Positions 1-10,681 of a stretch of 64,000 nucleotides of DNA are shown one piece after another. A program made the translations under genes and the position numbers. The stretch spans positions 22,816,001-22,880,000 of the forward strand of contig CM106585.1 of the NCBI GenBank assembly GCA_048013815.1. Direction: 5' to 3'. Within the stretch, counting starts at the first letter, position 1; each line of letters begins with the position of its first letter. Origin of the DNA: Setoptus koraiensis (lineage: Eukaryota; Animalia; Arthropoda). The notes under the pieces are model-generated. The model ran no database searches, was not told the origin of the DNA, and was given only the letters and a program-made list of their open reading frames with translations.

Positions 1-522
1 GCTATAACGAGATAGGTTGAGCCATTCCGAATAGTGTGAGGTGACTCATGCCTTGGTCGACTAGCTTGAGCTTTAACAATCAGTCCACCTTCTGAGCATG
101 CAACAACCTACATGCTAGCTTGAGACTCGAAGGTTCGTCCACCTCCCAAACACACATTTCAGGGAGGTGAATTGAATTTTAAGTCCAGAGCTCATGCAGA
201 GGTTGATGTATTGTGAGGAGGTGGATCGATGCTATACACGATCTGTGCAAGTCTTATCAATTTTCTGTTTCTAGTATTGGCGCTATAGGCCATATTGTGG
301 CACATGTGCCCATACATTATGTGCGATAATATGTCGGAGATAACCATCTAGATTTACAATTGTGTGCCTTAGACAGTGCTGATTGTGCGTGTTATGGCTG
401 AGAACATGTGTAACCTCAGCTATCACAGCGTGAAAATATTTTCGTGCCTTTGACAGTGCTAATTGTGCGTGTGATAGCTGGGAACATGTGCATCCTCAAC
501 ATTCACACCGTAAAGTACAGTT

Positions 523-1302
523 ATGGGTTGTTGTAGCGATCAGTGCCATTTTGCCAGCCAGTGTTTGATGGTCACAATTCGAACTTCGAAATTGCAGATT
601 GAAATTTCTGATGAATTTCAGCTGCTCGTTGCGCAAAGCGTCACATCTCTCTATGTGGTTCAATTTTTCCCAGGGCTGTCCTGCACAAGGACTGGACTGA
701 TCGTAGCTGTCAATCACGTAGCAGAACCGACCAAACGTGATCGCGTCAAACAGGTTGCAATGTTCCCCAAACCTGTACCGAGCTTGGAATTTGCCGCGTA
801 CTTCGTTACAGAAAACCACTGGCAACATACAGGGCTGGTGATTGCTATTCAACGCCACTGTAGTGCAGGTCTGCGACCTTGTCTGGGTAGTAAACAAAGC
901 CCAGAATACATGACCGTTGTAAATTATTGGTTGGATCAACCTACAATCAGGCTCCACTCTGATCACTATTTCAGAACTATCATGCACGTTGGGTCCGAAC
1001 AACGGCTTAACGACACAGCCTGGGTATCTGCTAAAATACTCCTCACAGGCCCGGTTCCAATCATTGACGCACCCGCTGCTTGGATCTATAAGTCCGCTAT
1101 CGTCGGTCTATCTGATAACATGTGTCGTCAGACATATACGTCCTCACCCATGATTCACTCGGAGGCAGGCTGCGTGCGGGATGCGGCTTTACGGATCTCG
1201 GCCCCTCGCTTGCAAACTCCATTGTTGATTGCACAGAACGAACACAATGCATCACATGACACACTTCGAGCCATTGCTTCTCGGTGTATGTATTTAAATT
1301 AA
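523..1302 (+). CDS. Unknown 259-codon ORF (probable TE cargo); true start likely downstream of ~610
   Basis: Open frame. Internal repeat TGLIVAV/TGLVIAI (ACT GGA CTG ATC GTA GCT GTC vs ACA GGG CTG GTG ATT GCT ATT) shows synonymous/conservative changes, favouring + over the in-register antisense ORF 496-1002. The first ~30 codons overlap a family-B end stub (526) and TTCGAA repeats. No family recognised. Confidence 0.3.
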   Translation: MGCCSDQCHFASQCLMVTIRTSKLQIEISDEFQLLVAQSVTSLYVVQFFPGLSCTRTGLIVAVNHVAEPTKRDRVKQVAMFPKPVPSLEFAAYFVTENHWQHTGLVIAIQRHCSAGLRPCLGSKQSPEYMTVVNYWLDQPTIRLHSDHYFRTIMHVGSEQRLNDTAWVSAKILLTGPVPIIDAPAAWIYKSAIVGLSDNMCRQTYTSSPMIHSEAGCVRDAALRISAPRLQTPLLIAQNEHNASHDTLRAIASRCMYLN

Positions 1303-1538
1303 TTATCGTGGCCAAAGACGCATAATTCGGTCATTTTACGTAATAGCTGAGCAAATTTCAGATCACTGCACCCACGCGTCCAATCAACCTTGTCTGCGGT
1401 ATTTGACGGGGTTACGTAGTGTGATAACAACGATTTCTGTAATATTCATTCACCACACATGTATCAATTTATCGATTGTGAACTTTAACTGGTTATCATA
1501 TACGCCCCCAAATTTTCAATCGATACTCGTCCACTCAA

Positions 1539-1581
1539 AAAATTAAGCGCTCGAAATACTGATTTGATCAGTATTACTTGT
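1539..1581 (+). mobile_element. Family A (Helentron/HINE-like) 3' end
   Basis: AAAATTAAGCGCT, then hairpin AATACTGA-tttga-TCAGTATT, then ACTTGT; the same module occurs 7 times in the window. Confidence 0.75.
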
Positions 1582-1695
1582 CTTCTTTTTTTCTTGTTGA
1601 TTTGTTCTTCGATTGCTCATTCGATCTCACGCACGATAAATGCGTGTACTAAAAGCGACCTCGAGCGATTTTTCCCTGAACTGCGGCTGAAGGTA

Positions 1696-3480
1696 TCAGC
1701 AGATTTCCACACGGTAGAGCATAGGTGTAGAAACTGTGCCTATTATGGCCGCAAGCTGCAATATAGTCTGACTGCAAAGGCAGTCATAGCGCTTTGTCAA
1801 TAATGGATCAACTGGTTTACAGAAGGTGTGAATAGGCATAGACCTTACTGTCCTCACATGCTCAATGCCTACGTCAAGGTCCTTCCTCAGCTCGGGACTA
1901 TTGAAATAATCATGAGCGATCAGAGTGAAGTTGTCACAGATGTCATCAGTCAAATCGTTCGCAGGTTGACTAAGCCTGGAAATTCGATTAAATGCCACGT
2001 TGAGTGGATTATTATTATATAGAGGAGAGATCCAGAAATAATTTGGGTCACTCGGATCGGCCTTCGCGGCTTTTCTGGTCATGGACGGGTCTCTTCTATG
2101 AGGAGAAGACCCCTTGCTAGATGTGGGCTGATCGCTGGATTAACCTGATGCTGCAGCACTGTGCGTCTCGGATGTTACAGGAGCCATCTGTACATCATTA
2201 ATATTATTTACATCGTTGTATACATGTTCATCTACATCATGATCTGTATCTACACCTGGAGGAGCCACCTGTGGTGTGATCATCTCGTCACAAACATCGT
2301 CAACATTAATGGTTGCGAGGTTGCCCGCTGCACCAGATACAACTGGGCTTACAATAATATTTACATTCTACGCTGTGGATTCGTCACATATCTCGGTAGA
2401 GCAACTTGCAGGACTTGCTGGTGGGTCAGCAAAGCTCACTCTCTTCTGCGGAGAATGAGGAATAAGAGGATCACGCACCTTCACACTCTTGGGAGTACCA
2501 CGTGCGGCCCTCTTCGGCTTAGGAGAAGATGCATCGGTTGTTGTAGCGAATAGCGACCCGCCCCGATTTCGATGAAACTTGTGGCACGGGTACATCTTGA
2601 CCTCAACAGACCGGGAAAGTCAGTCGGGAAGTGCGGAAACTTCTGGTTCCGGTTTTACATGAAGTAAAAGATAGAGCTCCGATATTCACCAGAGAGACGT
2701 TTCAGGCTACGCTGAACACGATGAAATAATATTCAGCTCTCTACGACTTCCGGTTATCTAGAAATAGAGATATTACAAGTGTTTGAAGACCGGAAGTGAC
2801 CAAATTATTGCTTCGCTGCGCTCGGGATGAACATGCGGTGGGTCTGAAAACTCGGCCTGCGGCCTCGTATTCTGTAGGCCGTCACATCTCCGTCGTCGCT
2901 CACGCGACGACTGCGTGCGACGGGAACCCTTCGGGTAGAGTTGATGAGCGCTTCGGGTATCGGGCTGCGTCCTCTACCCTCCGCTCAGGTGACTGCAATC
3001 CACACAGGAATGAAGGTGAAAGAACGAACCGAGTACATGTTTTCGGCACAGAAAAAAGGTTGCGCCAGCTTGTGTGATGAATTGCATGAGCCTCTGAACG
3101 CACGCATTCATTCAGGCGCATTGATAGTTCGTCCCGTCAACGCCCTCTCAGCAATTTTAACCAAATATCTTGTGGGCCGGAATTTGTACAGACTTGAAAT
3201 AGACATAATCGCACTCCGCATACACGGTTTCAGTTATATAGTGAGTTTCAAATCTGTATCTACAAGTTTTCGTTAAACCGGAACTGGAAGTTTCCGCACT
3301 TCCGGACCACTCAAACTGTCGTCAGGGGGCTCTACGGGCCCCATGTGTGAAGTTTCATCGAAATCTGACTGGGTCGCTATTCGCTACAACACCCGATGCA
3401 ACTACCTCCGGTTGACTACTGGACTCGTTACTGGGCTTACGGTAAATAAAATTACATTTGGTCCGTGGCTGTCGTTGCAT
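1696..3480 (-). pseudogene. Decayed unknown ORF interrupted by family B copy 1
   Basis: One frame runs 2535->1696 with only two in-frame stops (TAG at 2368, TAA near 2140). It continues in frame on the far side of the 2536-3394 insertion (MQRQPRTKCNFIYRKPSNESSSQPEVV|ASSPKPKR...). Confidence 0.5.
2536..3394. mobile_element. Family B non-autonomous TIR element, copy 1 (complete)
   Basis: Left end GGTTGTTGTAGCGAATAGCGACCC is inverted to right end GGGTCGCTATTCGCTACAACACCC, with long imperfect TIRs carrying CCGGAAGT-like motifs. 8-bp TSD GATGCATC (2528-2535) / GATGCAAC (3395-3402). Conserved core at 2851-3001. Confidence 0.9.
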
Positions 3481-3868
3481 TATGAAACTAGTGGTATTTG
3501 ATAATTGGAAGTATGTAATAGGCTTTGTATTAATTAGTCTTATTCAATTTAGTGGTAATTATGAAGATAGGAATCGCACTTTGATTTATTGTAGTCGTAG
3601 TAATATCAGTTTGGATATTGCCGTTAATTGGCTTATTATGCTTTGTAGTAGATTTAGTAAGAATGCTGGGTTATGCTCGATGTGGTATGGGCCATTCCGG
3701 ATCATGTGAGTTCATACAATGTATGTGATATCTGATCAGGTATGCCCATACAGTACGTGGCATTTTCGAAACCGTACTCACGAGAATACTTTAATGGAAT
3801 TTTCCAGAGACAGCTAGCACTTATAACTACTCAATAAACTGTCCAAACCTCTAAGATCATTCACTGGA

Positions 3869-3910
3869 AAAATTAAGCGCTCTTGTACTGATATAATCAG
3901 TATAACTTCT
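3869..3910 (+). mobile_element. Family A 3' end (diverged)
   Basis: AAAATTAAGCGCT plus TACTGA-tataa-TCAGTA hairpin. Confidence 0.65.
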
Positions 3911-4041
3911 ACTAATAGTAATAACAATAATAGTAGAACTATAGTAAGTATAATTGATATTTAATTTAATTTTATTACAGTGAATATTATCTATAAATTC
4001 AAGACTAATCTTCTTGTCATCCTTTTCTTCTCTCCTTTTAG

Positions 4042-4290
4042 ATGGCCAGCAATAATTTTTACAACTGCACCATAGCGGCACCCACCCCTGGCATCATGGC
4101 GCCAAACAACGCCAGACCAGGGCGTGGAGGACGCGGAGGACGCGGAAGTGGGCGAGGCACTTCGACCCACCCACCTCGCAACAACAACAGCTGCAACCTC
4201 AGCAGCAACAGTTGCAACAACAACTACAGTATCCGGATCGGCTATCCACTCCGGATATCTTTCATCCAATGGATGTTATAACGGAAGGTG
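4042..4290 (+). other. Exon-like RGG-rich/poly-Gln low-complexity fragment
   Basis: Pyrimidine tract and AG immediately before ATG 4042. Encodes RGGRGGRGSGRG, then a Q-rich run in the +1 frame. No family recognised. Confidence 0.3.
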
Positions 4291-4709
4291 CGGCCGTTGC
4301 TGTTATTAACTCTCCGTCACCTCATCTCTTCTCTTTTCTCCGCACTTCTAATAATCAACACGCGTCCATAAGTTTTAATTATCTATTAATTTCTCTTTAT
4401 TGTTCTGTCAAGGCTCTTCTATCGATCTTTTGTTTTAACTGTCTTTATATAGTAGATTATTGGTAGCATGCACTCATAGTGATGACGATGACGTGTGCGT
4501 TACGTCACGCACACGTCACCGTCTTCGCACAGGAGCGACGTCATGCATCTTCCCACGATGGAGATGTGGATGCGGTGTCGGTGCTGCGCTTCATGGCGTT
4601 CACCGTTACAATATGGAGGATGCCGATCCGGATAGCCGAAATTTGAATTAAATAATCGATCAAATTTAATATATTGGTTTTTTGTTTGGTCTCTCTTGAT
4701 TTCTTTTTT

Positions 4710-5827
4710 AGCGCTTAATTAGCGCTTAATTTTAATTAAGTAGCTATTGATGTGGTTCTGGCAGATACGTTTATTCACGTGGGTAGAACAAATCAGTGCT
4801 TTTTTCAACTAGGAAAAAATAGCACGGAGAAGGCTGTACTGTGAGAAATAAACTAGATAAATTTAGAACACTCAGAGCTTACAATGTTGATTAGTTAAAT
4901 TTAGCACACAGAATGCAGTGCGCGCGAAACACTAACTAGACGCGATTAGCACGCTCAATGCTGAGATGCTAACTAGATGAATCTAGCACAGCATAAGGCT
5001 AGCTGTATACAAGTCGGATTTAGTGCACTGGAAGCTAGAGGCTTCGGAACTAGAAGATTGTAGAACAGAGGAAGCTACTCAGAATAACTTTTGCTTCTTA
5101 GCACTGTTAATGCTATTGTAGATCAAACTAGACGCTCTATACTGGGATGCTAATTAGATGAATCTAGCACAGCAGAAGGCTAGCTGTTTACAATTCGGAC
5201 CTAGTGGACGGGAAGCTAGAAGCGTTATAACCAGAAGATTACAGCACATCAGAAACTACTTAAAATAACCAGTGATACGCTTAGTGATACTGGGCGTGAG
5301 AAGCACAGTAGGAGTAAAACTAGGTGACAAAAGTTGCAAATGGAAATGAATAATTACCACCAGATCTCTCTGTCCCAAGAACGATCTATTGATGGCTGAT
5401 CATACTAGCACAGAATGTTGCGAGCACAATGTACGTCTAACACACGGAGCATCATCAAAACGGACATGTGGGAACATGTTCAGATATCACCATATTCATA
5501 TGACATCCATCATCCGAAATCTCTCTCTGTTCCGAAAACGATCTATTGATGGCTGATCATACTAGCACAGAATTTCGCGAACAACATGTTTGACACACAC
5601 AAGAAGTATCATCAATGCGGATAGGTGAGAACATGTTCAGAAATCGACGATTTTACACGACATGATTCATCCTAAATCCCTCTTTGCCGCTACAGATAGC
5701 TCATTAATACATAGATCTAGATGGTTATCTCCGACATGTTATCAAATACTCGCTTCTATATTCCAATCATACTTGTTCATCCAGAAAATTAAGCGCACGA
5801 TATACTGATTTGATCAGTATTACTTGT
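4710..5827 (+). mobile_element. Family A HINE-like element, complete short copy (~1.1 kb)
   Basis: 5' end AGCGCTTAATTTT after a T-run (first 11 nt duplicated at 4710/4721). 3' subTIR at 5785-5797, hairpin and ACTTG|T; internal direct repeats. The asymmetric subTIR + 3' hairpin + T|T target is the established Helentron/DINE-1 architecture. Confidence 0.8.
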
Positions 5828-6054
5828 ATCCATATATCACATATTCATATCATATGATAGCCCTAGTCGCGGGCGCTCGGGAGCGGCCGCTGATGGGTGC
5901 CCACTTCGCAAGAACACCCAAATAATAGTTATCTACTAATATTAAAGCATTTATGGATTTTCTCAACGATTTTTGAATCTGAATGATGAGGAGACCAGGA
6001 CGAAACTACTACTAACGACTCATACTTCTCGAACAATCATCGCAGATTCATAGT

Positions 6055-6172
6055 CACAGTTCGCACACTTCGCACTGCGGGGTTGTGCGAAGTGTGCGGC
6101 GGCTGTGCGAAAAATATTTTCTTTTTTTTTATGTGCGAAAATAGCACCCGCACATTTCGCACAGCCAGCCTA
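6055..6172. repeat. Small hairpin-rich MITE-like remnant
   Basis: Perfect 14-bp stem CGCACACTTCGCAC/GTGCGAAGTGTGCG with a 9-nt loop; the right end reads TAGGCTGGC on the minus strand (hAT-like end). Confidence 0.45.
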
Positions 6173-6189
6173 GTATTAAGCAAGACGAT

Positions 6190-6370
6190 TTCAATCTTCC
6201 CTGTGCTAAAGAATCTAAACATCACACACATAAACTCTATGGATATTTGAGTTTCTCGATTCCCGTGTTAAAGTATCTAAACATTAGACATGTTAACTCT
6301 ACGGAGTTTTGAGTCTCGCGATTCCTGGTTTCAAGAATCTAATCATTACACATGCTAACTCTATGGATAT
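6190..6370 (+). repeat. ~60-bp tandem repeat x3 (family A internal satellite)
   Basis: Unit ~GTGTTAAAGTATCTAAAC...GTTAACTCTATGGA; also at ~10,900, ~19,200-19,330 and, reversed, ~21,480-21,590. Confidence 0.7.
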
Positions 6371-6529
6371 CTGTGCCTACGCCAAAAATACCCGGTCTTA
6401 TGCTGGCTTATATCATCGATCCGAATGCCACTAGCACACAACTTGCGGCGGAGTGCTCTCCAGGCCTTCTTGATCTTCTGGGATTCCCCTCCTTTGTTTA
6501 ACTGCCTCCATTCTATTACTGATCCTTCT

Positions 6530-6755
6530 AGATGCAATTTAACCTTGGTATATGAACATCAGTACCCTACCGGCTATCCGAGCGGGTGGGTACGGCCGAT
6601 TGTATCGTCAGTATGCCCTCAAATACCCACACTGCGGTACCTCGGGTATCTCGGTATCGAAGAATTTCCGCCTTTCCGGAATACCTTTTCCGGTATCAGG
6701 GCACCATACCCTACCCAAAAATACCTAAATTGGGCGTGGTACGTATTCCGAAGAA
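6530..6755 (-). repeat. Module C repeat (GGGTAT/TACCC-rich), reverse copy
   Basis: Reverse complement of ~20,440-20,660 and similar to ~13,320-13,470. Confidence 0.7.
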
Positions 6756-6759
6756 CAAC

Positions 6760-8175
6760 CAAGTTTTCGAAATAAATTCGAATAAGCCTGTCAGATAAGC
6801 AATTGTACGTTGGTTCCCATGAGTCTTCATACAGGCCAAGCGGCAACCAACGAATTCTGTAGTACAGAATTTTGTCGCTCACGTGGTGTCCCACAATAGC
6901 ATAAACCTCCCACCTTATATGCTCAAGAGATTGCAACGGCGGTGGTAACTAAAATTGATTTTGTGGAGGATGCAATTCTTCATGTATTTGAACACAGATC
7001 AAACGTTGTAAGAGACAATTTGCGTTCCAACAATGTGAAGCACAACGGATTACAAGTTTTACAGAGGTACTAAATAAATGTCTACGATTAGACCGTTTGA
7101 GGTGAGTTTAAAGAAGGAGTGCCTAGTCCGTGCTGTTGTTCAACTTGCGTCACAAGGAACAGGTTCTAATTGCCTTACTTCACAGCAGTGAGCACGACTG
7201 AATACTTTCCGAACGTGGCGCAATGTCTACTGAGTATTCAGTGAATTTTGATCGTTAGAATATCGACATTAAGGATACTATGGTAATTGTTCTCATTTCA
7301 ACAAAATATCTCGCGCTGTTTTGGCTGTTAACATGTACAAGGTAGAAATTACAAGTGTATAGTTTAGGGAGATTGCGCTCCTCATGTACTCTATTCAGAC
7401 AGGGGAAGGAAGTAGTGTAGAGGGGGAGCATAGAGCGTACAGTGCATACTCCAATAGAGTGAGGCGCTCTTGTATTGAACACCCCCCATTCTTCTATATC
7501 CATTTCGTATCGCAGCTCTTCTAATTACACCAATTGTCTGAGCACAGCTTTGTCTGTTGATGGCGATAGTGTTTTTTCGGTGTGCATTTTGAGTTCTATC
7601 GCCTCTTGTTTAATCTCGGCTATTCCTTTCTCATTTCTCAAACAATTTTGAAATGTCATCCGTGTTGGAGTATAGAGTCTATTGATAAATCTAGCCACTT
7701 CTTCCTCGGGTATAAATTCCTCTTCCTTATTTTCGTTGAAATTATATAACTCCAATGATTCATTTATATCATTTTGCAACCTCGCAATCTCGTTTTCCGT
7801 GTTATAGTCGGTGCGCAAATTCTGCGAAACAGAAAAGTACAGATGGAGCGCTATTATAAGCGTTATTTTAATATCTTTGAGTTGTGCCTCGTCCATTGCA
7901 TCGGGCGAATAGCAAGTGAACGTCGCTACCTTAACCACCGTTTCGAACACCAATCCACTACACACTGGTGTGAGGAAGTCCATCTTGTATCTTCTGTCCA
8001 TGAAATAACTCGCCAGAATGAGTCCGTACTCGCTTATGCTAGATGGGTCATCTTTTTGTTTCAACTTATCGGAATTAAAGTTAGTTAAAGATGCCTCTAC
8101 AGCCCTCGAATAATATTCGTTGTCCCAGTCTAGATTGATGAGGGACTTGACAAAGACGAAAAGCGTATAATGTAT
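6760..8175 (-). pseudogene. Decayed ORF with C-terminal chromodomain
   Basis: 6915->6760 encodes WEVYAIVGHHVSDKILYYRIRWLPLGLYEDSWEPTYNCLSDRLIRIYFENL, matching the chromodomain pattern (aromatic-x-V-x-x-I...Y-x-I-x-W...S/T-WEP). ORFs 7525-8199 and 7255-7503 are in one frame separated by a single TAA; the intervening part is degenerate. Confidence 0.6.
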
Positions 8176-8176
8176 A

Positions 8177-8294
8177 ACCGGAACCGGAAGTTTCCGCACT
8201 TCCGGACTACTGTTTCCGTTCTATTGGGGTCAAGAGAGACCCATACCGGAAATTTCATCAAGATCTGAGTGGGGACCTAATCGAAAGAACAACC
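8177..8294 (-). mobile_element. Family B terminal fragment
   Basis: ACCGGAACCGGAAGTTTCCGCACTTCCGG ... CTAATCGAAAGAACAACC end. Confidence 0.75.
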
Positions 8295-8351
8295 TTCCGC
8301 TGTTGGAAGCAATCATAAAGAGTGTATAAGGACTGGACGAATTGATGAAAG

Positions 8352-8940
8352 ACAAGTGATACTGATTCAATCAGTATTTCGAGCGCTTAATTTTTTTGGA
8401 TAGACGAGTATAGATGGAATAAAGATGCGAGTATGTGACAACATGTCGGAAATGAATATCCATGCCTGTCAGATCAGAGTAGCCGAGAAGATGACAGAAT
8501 GAATCCTAGTTCTCAAACTTGCAATCGCAGCATGATACACATGTGGATTGCTTGCGTACGGAATCTAGTAAGATTCTAATCGTCAGTTTCGCCACAATGA
8601 ATTAATTAGTTAATCACACCAATTAGTCAATGGCGCACACTTTGCACAGTGCATCGATTTCGAATTTCGAAAATCGAGTTGTGACCATCGAACTTCTACC
8701 ATTGAACTATCAAGGTAAACCTCATTGCGGGGACACTCGAATACGCCCAACTATGGCTTTTTTGAATTCTCCAGATCAAACTGAGCAAGAATACACCTAT
8801 GAGAAACCCACGTTTTCAGCAGTTTTTGCAATTGAGTATTGAATTTTATTTTATCATCTAGAATGTCTTATTCATCGATGCTGAGTAGATAATCATAGAT
8901 GTAAGTTTCAAATTCCAGTTTGGAAAAAATGTCGAAATTG
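8352..8940 (-). mobile_element. Family A, reverse-oriented 3' portion
   Basis: ACAAGT-GATACTGA...TCAGTAT-TTCG-AGCGCTTAATTTT at 8352-8394; 8835-8915 is the reverse complement of 10,689-10,762. Confidence 0.75.
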
Positions 8941-9643
8941 AAATTGCTTTTTAGCGCTTAATTTTAATTAAGTAGCTATTGATGTGGGTCGGATGGATAC
9001 GTTTATTCATGTGGGTAGAACAAATCAGTGCTTTTTTTAACTAGAAAAAAATAGCACGGTGAAGGCTGTACTGTGAGAAATAAACTAGATAAATTTAGAA
9101 CACTCAAAGCTTACAATGTTGATTAGTTAAATTTAGCACACAGAATGCCATGCGCGCGAAACACTAACTAGACGCGATCAGCACGCTCAATGCTGAGATG
9201 CTATCTAGATGAATTTAGCCCAGCAGAAGGCTAGCGTCAGAACTAGAAGATTGTAGAACAGTAGAAGCTATTCTGAATAACTACTGCCTATCAGCACTGT
9301 TGATGCTATTGTAGATAAAACTAGACGAGAGTAACACGCTCATTGCTGCGATGCTAACTAGTGCTAGGCGTGAGTAGCACAGTTACGGTTAAACTGGGTG
9401 ACAGAAGTTTCAACTGAATATGAATGATTACCACACAAAGAAGGTTGCGTGTGATCTAATCATTAGATGAATATTATATCTGAGGGTAAAATGTTTACCA
9501 GATGAATCGGGCGTAGCAGGAGAATGGATGCAAACAATCGTTATTATTTACACAGAGAGATGATTTGTATATAACTACGATATTTAATAATTGGACAAAG
9601 TAGAATAGTATGAACAGATCCCAACTAGGAAAATAATCTGATA

Positions 9644-10681
9644 ATGACGATGCGTAATCAAGACATAGCGAAGAATGGAAAGAGAAACAGGAACAATTTC
9701 AAACAGATGAGATGCTTTGTGCAAATTTTCACGAAATTCTTCGAAAAGTCATTGGGCAATATAAAAGTTGTCTGCTCTACCTCAGGGAAAATGACGAAAC
9801 AATTGGTTCGCGAATGGATTCGCGATGTACTTCTCCCCGCGATACGGTCAGAGTTGAAGCCCTGGGACGGGTCAACAGAGATTGATACCGCAGGCTCGAC
9901 CATGTCAGCGGATGACGATAACGTTTTTGAAGATTATTGCGCAGTTGCAGATACAGTGCATGGCTCTGATTTCTGTCCAGCTCCAACTACAACTCCGGGA
10001 TCAAATGAACCTCTAGCTGGCCCGTCTCACTGTGACCCGAGGGAGTATTGGGCGAGACGCAACACGACTGCTCTTCAGGTCTCCGATCCGAGAGAGGTTA
10101 TAATTGTCGAGAGTCGAGATCAATCAACCGAACCAGAAGACTGTCAGCCTAAACCGAACGTTCTCCTGCTCGAAGACGCCTGGGGAGGGCATTCGAGTAC
10201 CGAATTGGTGCAGGAATTTCTAGGCCAGCGAGTCAAGATTCTTCCAATCCCCAGGGGTACTACTGACCAACTCCAACCTCTTGACAAAATCTTTAACCGT
10301 CAGTATAAGAAATTTGTCAAGAGGGTTACCGAGGCTGCAATCTATAGAGGCAAGATACGAGATTTAACGTCCCGTGCAGGCGTCATAAACATGCACTCAT
10401 TAATATGGGATCAGTTTAATGCTCCTGCCTACAGGGATGTGCTCAGGTATGCTTGGCATGCAACAGATATTGATTTCGATAAAAGAGAGCTCGAATATGG
10501 GTATCAGCCCGCAATGGTGCAGGACATTCAATTCGATTTTGCTGGTACACAAATGTGCGAGGTGCATAATTGCACCAATCGTGCATTTTTACGTTGTTCC
10601 CATTGTTTTAAACATATATGTGTCGAGCATTTCCTCGAACGCGAATGTTTTCATGTTGATAGAAATGTCACGAGAGAATGA
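9644..10681 (+). CDS. pogo/Tigger-type DDE_1 transposase C-terminal part with C-terminal Cys/His finger (5'-truncated)
   Basis: STSGKMTKQLVREWIRDVLLP ... VLLLEDAWGGH ... ILPIPRGTTDQLQPLDKIFNRQYK are DDE_1 motifs; C-terminus CEVHNCTNRAFLRCSHCFKHICVEHF. No N-terminal HTH or first Asp visible. Confidence 0.85.
   Translation: MTMRNQDIAKNGKRNRNNFKQMRCFVQIFTKFFEKSLGNIKVVCSTSGKMTKQLVREWIRDVLLPAIRSELKPWDGSTEIDTAGSTMSADDDNVFEDYCAVADTVHGSDFCPAPTTTPGSNEPLAGPSHCDPREYWARRNTTALQVSDPREVIIVESRDQSTEPEDCQPKPNVLLLEDAWGGHSSTELVQEFLGQRVKILPIPRGTTDQLQPLDKIFNRQYKKFVKRVTEAAIYRGKIRDLTSRAGVINMHSLIWDQFNAPAYRDVLRYAWHATDIDFDKRELEYGYQPAMVQDIQFDFAGTQMCEVHNCTNRAFLRCSHCFKHICVEHFLERECFHVDRNVTRE

Noticed and set aside
2940-2950. 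TGATGA in the family-B core as a C/D snoRNA box C, or an HDV/hammerhead fold
   Set aside because: No box D/terminal stem at a suitable distance, and I could not build hammerhead or HDV pairings on either strand. The TTCG motifs mostly lack the stems needed for C(UUCG)G tetraloops.
5978-6010. Hammerhead-like CTGAATGATGAG...AGGACGAAAC
   Set aside because: The CUGAUGA core is imperfect, stem II (GGAG/GGAC) cannot pair, and no stems I/III were found.
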